Source: an uncultured Alphaproteobacteria bacterium (GTDB taxonomy: Bacteria > Pseudomonadota > Alphaproteobacteria > Rhizobiales > Beijerinckiaceae). From it: a stretch of 64,000 nucleotides of DNA. The stretch lies in contig CAVVJO010000018.1 in assembly GCA_963748545.1 (NCBI GenBank), forward strand, positions 18,535 to 82,534. The letters run 5' to 3'. The notes under the pieces were generated by a model. The model had not been told where the DNA came from, made no database searches, and saw nothing but the letters and a program-made list of their open reading frames with translations. Made by a program: the position numbers and the translations under genes. Below, in pieces: positions 59,100 through 64,000 of the stretch; within the stretch, counting starts at the first letter, position 1; every line of letters starts with the position of its first letter.

Positions 59100-60151
59100 C
59101 GTGCGCGGCCCCGATGCGGTCCAACGCGGTCCTCGCGCATCAGCTGAGTCAGGATGCCCTCCCGCAAGCCTCGGTCGGCAATTCGCAGCCGGTCGGCGGG
59201 AAACTCTGTCTGGATCGCCTGGAGTATGGCGCAGCCCGCAAGCACCAGGTCCGCCCGATCCTGCCCGATGCAGGCGTTGGCGGCGCGCTCGGCGTAGGAC
59301 ATCGACCTCAGGCGGGCGACCGCGGCGTCCACGTCGATCCGATCGAGCCAAAGTCCGTCCACCGCCCGGCGGTCGTAGCGCGGCAGGTTGAGGTGGACGC
59401 CCGCGATTGTCGTCACCGTCCCTGATGTGCCGAGCAGGTGAAACCGGTCGCATCGGGTTTCGTCGGCGACCTTATTGACAAAGGGCTTCAGCGCCGCGCT
59501 CACATAGGCCGTCATGTCCGCAAACGTTCGGTCGGTGACGTCGACGCCGCCGAATTGTTCGGCGAGCGACACCACGCCAAGGCGCATCGATTCCCAGGCC
59601 TGCACGCGGCGTCGACGCGAGCCCTCGCCGCTGCTGAGCCAGATGATTTCCGACGACCCGCCGCCAATATCGAACATCACGATCGACTTCGCATCGCGAT
59701 CGGCGAGATCGCCGACGCCCGCAGCCGCCAGATGCGCCTCGGTTTCCCGATCGACGATTTCAAGCGTCACGCCGAGTTCTTCACGCACCCGATCGACAAA
59801 GGCGGCGCCGTTGACCGCCGAGCGACACGCTTCGGTGGCGATCGTTCGGGCGCGCGTGACGGCGCGGGCCGCCATTTTGTCGCGGCAGATGCGCAGTGCG
59901 GCGAGCGTCCGCTCGATCGCCGCTTCGCTGAGACGTCCGGTGAGAGACAGCCCCTCGCCGAGGCGCACGATGCGCGAAAAGGCGTCCACCACCCGGAAGC
60001 CGTCGGCGGTCGGCCGGGCGATGAGCAGGCGGCAATTGTTCGTGCCGAGATCGAGCGCCGCATAGGTCGGCGCCGCCACGACCCGCAGACCGCCTTTCGA
60101 TCGACGCAACCTGGGCGCCGGCCCCGAGCGGGGGGCTCGACGAAAATACAT
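59096..60151 (-). CDS. Ppx/GppA family exopolyphosphatase/phosphatase
   Basis: [18 protein letters not shown]...[12 protein letters not shown]...[11 protein letters not shown]. The stop overlaps the rlmE ATG. The start is uncertain (ATG 60151 or further in). Confidence 0.85.
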   Translation of the reverse strand: MYFRRAPRSGPAPRLRRSKGGLRVVAAPTYAALDLGTNNCRLLIARPTADGFRVVDAFSRIVRLGEGLSLTGRLSEAAIERTLAALRICRDKMAARAVTRARTIATEACRSAVNGAAFVDRVREELGVTLEIVDRETEAHLAAAGVGDLADRDAKSIVMFDIGGGSSEIIWLSSGEGSRRRRVQAWESMRLGVVSLAEQFGGVDVTDRTFADMTAYVSAALKPFVNKVADETRCDRFHLLGTSGTVTTIAGVHLNLPRYDRRAVDGLWLDRIDVDAAVARLRSMSYAERAANACIGQDRADLVLAGCAILQAIQTEFPADRLRIADRGLREGILTQLMREDRVGPHRGRAR

Positions 60152-60293
60152 CTGACAAATCCAGAACCTCAAAAGCCCGGATGTCCAAACCCCATCCGCC
60201 GGCCGTATTCGCCGCCGACTCTAACAAGCCTGCCGGCCAATGCAATGCGCGGCAGCCGTTCCGCTTCTGTCGCGGGTTCCGACGTCGTCGGGC

Positions 60294-60755
60294 TCAGGGC
60301 TTGAAAAACGCGTGCCGCACGCGGTCGCCGACCTTGAGCCCGATCGAGGCGGCGACGCCGCCGTTGAGCTCGAGCACCGCCACGCAGGGTGGACCCGAGG
60401 GAATCACGCGCTCGGACAGCGGCTCGGCGTCCGACACGATATGCGTGACCTGCCCGGTCGGCGAGAGGAAGATCATGTCAAGCGGAATGTAGGTGTTCTT
60501 CATCCAGAAGGCGACCTGCGCCTTCTGCTGGAACTCAAACAGCATGCCGTGATCGGCCGGCATGAAGCGCCTATTCATGAGGCCCCGCTCCCGGCTCGCG
60601 TCATCAGCCGCGATCTCGACCTTGAAGTCATGCGTCCCGCCGCCCGTGACGATCTGCAACGGCTCAAGCCCTTCCGCTGCAGCCGGCGCGACCAAGCCGA
60701 GGACGAGGACCAGAGACAAGAACACGGCCCGGAACCGAGCGCCGACCTCGTTCAT
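60294..60755 (-). CDS. DUF192 domain secreted protein
   Basis: Signal peptide MNEVGARFRAVFLSLVLVLGLVAPAAA. ERGLMNRRFMPADHGMLFEF...FWMKNTYIPLDMIF...AVLELNGG. Confidence 0.85.
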   Translation of the reverse strand: MNEVGARFRAVFLSLVLVLGLVAPAAAEGLEPLQIVTGGGTHDFKVEIAADDASRERGLMNRRFMPADHGMLFEFQQKAQVAFWMKNTYIPLDMIFLSPTGQVTHIVSDAEPLSERVIPSGPPCVAVLELNGGVAASIGLKVGDRVRHAFFKP

Positions 60756-60855
60756 CGCGATGCTCCCATTGCGAAGTGTCGCCGCGCGCAAAGCCTGGCG
60801 CCGACGCTGTTCTTTCAAGGCAGAGAGAGGCGCCGTCAAGCGACGGGCGAAGCAA

Positions 60856-61440
60856 TCAGTGTGGCGCGAGAACGCGGGATCCGTCGAGCGGGCGCACCTC
60901 GGCGGCCATCAGTCCCTTCGGCCCCGGACCGAACCGGGCCAGCATGCTGTCGCCGGGCTTGGGATCGACGAAGCCGTAGCGCCGCATCGTCTCCATGTGG
61001 ACGAAAATGTCCTCGGTGCCCTCGCCGCGGGTGAGAAAACCGAAGCCGCGGGTCCGGTTGAACCACTTGACGATGACAATCTCGAAACCGCCGACCGAAG
61101 CCGCCTGCGCCCGCGTGCGCGCGGGCGGGGGCGGCGGCGCATAGCCGGCTTCCGGCTCCGCGACCGAGACGACCTTCAGGACCTGAAGACCGCGCTCCCT
61201 GCGATGAGCCTCCGCCACCACGCGCGCGCCCTCCCGCAAGGTCGAGAAACCGTCGCGCCGTAACACCGTGACGTGGATCAAAATATCGGTCTCGCCGTCG
61301 TCGGGCACGATAAATCCGTACCCCTTCGCGGCGTCGAACCACTTGACGCGACCTGCCACCTCCACGATCGGCGCCGCATGCTCGCCGCCCTGATGGGAGT
61401 CCTGCGCCGCAACCAACGGCTTGATGAGGTCCTCACCCAA
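60856..61440 (-). CDS. cold-shock protein with two cold-shock domains
   Basis: Two CSDs: GRVKWFDAAKGYGFIVPDDGETDILIHV and IVKWFNRTRGFGFLTRGEGTEDIFVHM. TTG start at 61440, so start uncertain. Confidence 0.85.
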   Translation of the reverse strand: MGEDLIKPLVAAQDSHQGGEHAAPIVEVAGRVKWFDAAKGYGFIVPDDGETDILIHVTVLRRDGFSTLREGARVVAEAHRRERGLQVLKVVSVAEPEAGYAPPPPPARTRAQAASVGGFEIVIVKWFNRTRGFGFLTRGEGTEDIFVHMETMRRYGFVDPKPGDSMLARFGPGPKGLMAAEVRPLDGSRVLAPH

Positions 61441-61613
61441 TTCGGCCCCCTACTCAACGCTTCGGCGACGCCGCGCGGCCCTATCGAACCGATTTGGCCT
61501 TGCGGCCGCAAACCCTGTCTGCTCCCGCGTCGCCGGCCGAATTCTCTCAGGCAAGGATAGCAAATCGCAAGGCATTGAATAGAGTCATCACGCGAAACTT
61601 GAGCGGGGCTGTG

Positions 61614-61653
61614 AAAAACAAAAATCCCGCCGGTCCTGATCGGATCGGCGGGA
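61614..61653 (-). terminator. rho-independent terminator downstream of rpoZ
   Basis: On the minus strand, stem TCCCGCCG...CGGCGGGA is followed by ATTTTTGTTTTT. It lies about 25 nt after the rpoZ stop. Confidence 0.7.
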
Positions 61654-61678
61654 CAAAATTCAGCCGCGGCGAAGCGGC

Positions 61679-62074
61679 TTACTCGGCCTCTTCTTCCGGC
61701 TCCGGCGGAGGCGCCAGACCCTCAAGACCCCGCAGAAGGTCTTCCTCGGTCATGCGGTCGAACTGGGGCTCCCCGCCGACGTCGACCTGGGCTTGGGCGT
61801 TGGGATTGACCATCAGCGGCGCAGCCTCGGCCTCGGGCTCGTCGACCTCGACATGCTTCTGCAGCGCATGAATGAGGTCCTCGCGCAGATCGCCCGGCGA
61901 CAGCTTGCCGTCGCCGATTTCGCGCAGCGCCACAACCGGATTTTTGTCGTTGTCGCGCGCCACGTTGATCGGCGCGCCGGATGAAATGGCGCGAGCGCGG
62001 TGGCTGGCCATGAGGACGAGATCGAAACGATTGTCGATCTTCTCGATGCAATCCTCGACGGTGACGCGAGCCAT
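61679..62074 (-). CDS. rpoZ: DNA-directed RNA polymerase subunit omega
   Basis: [35 protein letters not shown]...[13 protein letters not shown], with an acidic C-terminal tail. Confidence 0.93.
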   Translation of the reverse strand: MARVTVEDCIEKIDNRFDLVLMASHRARAISSGAPINVARDNDKNPVVALREIGDGKLSPGDLREDLIHALQKHVEVDEPEAEAAPLMVNPNAQAQVDVGGEPQFDRMTEEDLLRGLEGLAPPPEPEEEAE

Positions 62075-62263
62075 GGAGACTCCTTCAAGAGACACGGAAA
62101 ACTGGGGGATCGAACGGGCCCTGTACACCGTCAGCGCGCTTGATGCAAGTTTTGCGCGACGGGTTCCCTGCCTGCGACAGGCTCAAGGAGCGGCCCCACA
62201 GGCGGCGCGACCGCCGACGGCGCTCCTGCAGGCGGGCGGCGGCGCAAGCGCCGCCCTAGTGTT

Positions 62264-63427
62264 TCATACTGCGGCCCGGGTCCGCCCTGCCCGCATCCGC
62301 TGGATCGCCGCGGCGAAGGCCGCCGCGAACCGCTCCACATCGGGCGCGACCGAGGCCCACCCGAGGCTCAATCGGATCGCGCCACGAGCCAGATCCGTGG
62401 CCACGCCCATAGCCGCCAGCACGTGCGACGGCGTCACCTTTCCGGACGAACAGGCCGAACCCGAGCTGACCGCGACGCCGGCGAGATCGAGCGCGATCAT
62501 CAATGTCGCCGCCTCGACGCCCGGAACGGCGAAACAATGCGTGTTGGACAGGCGCGGCGCGGTCGCGCCAAACACGATGGCGTCTGGAGCGGCCGCGAAC
62601 ACCGCGTTGGAGAGAACGTCGCGAAGCGCGGCAAGCCGGGACAATTCGGCCGGGATCCCGACCGGGGCGGCGCGAGCGGCGGCGCCGAAGCCGGCGATCG
62701 CCGCGACGCTCTCGGTCCCGGCCCGCGCGCCGCGCTCTTGGCCGCCGCCGCGGATCAGCGGCTCGCCGAGACTGACGTCGGGGCCGGATGCGATGAGCGC
62801 CCCCGCCCCTTTCGGCCCTCCCATCTTGTGAGCGGACAGCGCGAGCGCGTCCGCGCCAAGCGAAGCGAGCGAGACGTCGGCGCGCCCCGCCAGCTGGACC
62901 GCGTCGCAAAACAGGAATCCTCCGGCCGCGTGGGCGAGGACTGCCGCTTCCGCCACCGGCTGTACGACGCCGGTCTCATTATTCGCCCCCTGCAGCGCGA
63001 CCAGCGGCCGTCCGGGCTTCCGACAGGCTGCGGCCAGCGCTTCGAGATCGACGCGGCCGTCTGAGCCAAGCGGCGCGAGTTCGACCGCGGAGTGGGGAAA
63101 CCTGTGGCCTCGAAGCACGGCCGGATGCTCGCCGGCGGCGAGGATCAGCCGGTCGAGCGGCGGTTCCGCCGCTCCCACGCCGAAGCGCGGGTTGAGCGCC
63201 ATGTTGGCCGCCTCAGTCGCCCCCGACACGAACGTCACGCAGCGCGAGGGGACGCCGCCAAGGCGCGCTACCTCGGCCCGGGCGTCCTCGACGATCCGTC
63301 GCGCGGCGCGTCCCTCGGCGTGGACGGACGACGGATTGCCGATCGTCTCCAGCGCCGCAACCACGGCCGCGCGCGCCTCGGGCCGCATCGGGGCGGTCGC
63401 ATTGTAATCGAGATAGGTTCTCGTCAT
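62264..63427 (-). CDS. cysteine desulfurase (NifS/IscS-like class V aminotransferase)
   Basis: MTRTYLDYNATAPMRPEA...GNPSSVHAEGR...FVSGATEAN...LSAHKMGGPKGAGAL...SSGSACSSGKVTPSHVL. Confidence 0.88.
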   Translation of the reverse strand: MTRTYLDYNATAPMRPEARAAVVAALETIGNPSSVHAEGRAARRIVEDARAEVARLGGVPSRCVTFVSGATEAANMALNPRFGVGAAEPPLDRLILAAGEHPAVLRGHRFPHSAVELAPLGSDGRVDLEALAAACRKPGRPLVALQGANNETGVVQPVAEAAVLAHAAGGFLFCDAVQLAGRADVSLASLGADALALSAHKMGGPKGAGALIASGPDVSLGEPLIRGGGQERGARAGTESVAAIAGFGAAARAAPVGIPAELSRLAALRDVLSNAVFAAAPDAIVFGATAPRLSNTHCFAVPGVEAATLMIALDLAGVAVSSGSACSSGKVTPSHVLAAMGVATDLARGAIRLSLGWASVAPDVERFAAAFAAAIQRMRAGRTRAAV

Positions 63428-63676
63428 CGGCCTCGCGGCGGGCATCCCGACTCCAACCCCGTACGACGGTCGCGCCGGCAAGCCTCTTCCCGCCCTTGCA
63501 GCGGTTTTTGCTTGCAATCTCGGGCGCCTTGCGTGCTATGAGGCTGCCTCCGAGGCGAGCCTCGCGTCGACAGCGAGACATACGCGCACCAAGCCCGCGC
63601 CGCAAGCCGCGCCATCCGTCGCCGCCACGCGGCCCCGGCGGCCGTGAAAGCCGGCCGACAGGTTTTTGGAGTATTC

Positions 63677-64000
63677 ATGCCCGAGGTTTTCTTCAACGGT
63701 CCCGCCGGTCGGCTGGAAGGCCGTTTCCACCCCGCCAAGCAGAGGGGCGCGCCGATTGCCGTCGTGCTTCACCCGCATCCGCAGTTCGGCGGGACGATGA
63801 ACAACCAGATTGTTTACAACACTTATTACAATTTCGCCGAGCGCGGGTTCTCCGTCTTGCGCTTCAACTTCCGCGGCGTCGGACGGTCGCAAGGCGCCTT
63901 CGACCACGGCCAGGGCGAGCTTTCCGACGCCGCCTCCGCGCTCGACTGGGCCCAGTCGATCAGCCCCGAGGCGCGCGCCTGCTGGATCGCCGGGGTGTCG
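63677..64000 (+). CDS. alpha/beta hydrolase (partial, runs off the window end)
   Basis: MPEVFFNGPAGRLEGRFHPAKQRGAPIAVVLHPHPQFGGTMNNQIVYNTYYNFAERGFSVLRFNFRGVGRSQG...CWIAGVS. The nucleophile-elbow region is beginning. Not in the track because it has no stop. Confidence 0.7.
   Translation, partial: MPEVFFNGPAGRLEGRFHPAKQRGAPIAVVLHPHPQFGGTMNNQIVYNTYYNFAERGFSVLRFNFRGVGRSQGAFDHGQGELSDAASALDWAQSISPEARACWIAGVS

Noticed and set aside
1-64000. CRISPR arrays, tRNA, rRNA, tmRNA.
   Set aside because: No regularly spaced direct repeats with unique spacers were seen. No cloverleaf-like or rRNA-like conserved segments appeared in the intergenic regions examined by eye. A tRNAscan/Infernal run would be the definitive check.

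Overview
High-GC (hand-counted lines about 65-67% GC) bacterial chromosome segment whose gene content and order look alphaproteobacterial, Hyphomicrobiales-like; that assignment is inference. The track ORFs use GTG/TTG starts written as M, and many long track ORFs are GC-driven shadow frames.

Core content:
- An intact minus-strand envelope/isoprenoid block at 5.8-17.8 kb: lpxB-lpxI-lpxA-fabZ-lpxD-bamA-rseP-dxr-cdsA-uppS-frr.
- glmS.
- A copper-handling cluster at 21.3-25.0 kb: DUF2946, a secreted protein, CopC, PCuAC, CopD and a CusF-like protein.
- A vapBC-like toxin-antitoxin pair and a GntR-MFS pair.
- A ctaB / small TM protein / DUF420 / haem-copper-oxidase-subunit-I-like / TlpA cluster at 31.8-35.4 kb.
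- An ABCB-type exporter.
- Two inverted MFS paralogues, each with an ABM-like C-terminal domain, flanking a tandem USP gene.
- A CsbD-DUF883 / holin-X / DUF3618 stress module.
- Housekeeping genes: ade, pdxY, phzF-like, NUDIX, rlmE, ppx, tandem-CSD csp, rpoZ and a cysteine desulfurase.

No rRNA, tRNA or CRISPR was seen.

Main observations:
1. A roughly 50% GC islet at 29.4-31.8 kb carries three ORFs with no recognisable family. It may be one broken large secreted protein. It lies next to an 80-bp remnant of an MFS paralogue.
2. A roughly 40% GC single-gene islet at 40.9-41.8 kb encodes a leaderless PG-binding + VanY/M15-like peptidase, with an ambiguous small partner ORF.
3. A stand-alone HCO subunit-I-like protein appears to have an altered CuB site.
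4. At least 24 single-nucleotide frame disruptions hit otherwise conserved genes, including glmS, ctaB and rlmE, mostly at short homopolymers. They are absent from the 14-kb lpx-bamA-frr block.
5. The left end (0-3.8 kb) is degraded and carries an IS1595 remnant.
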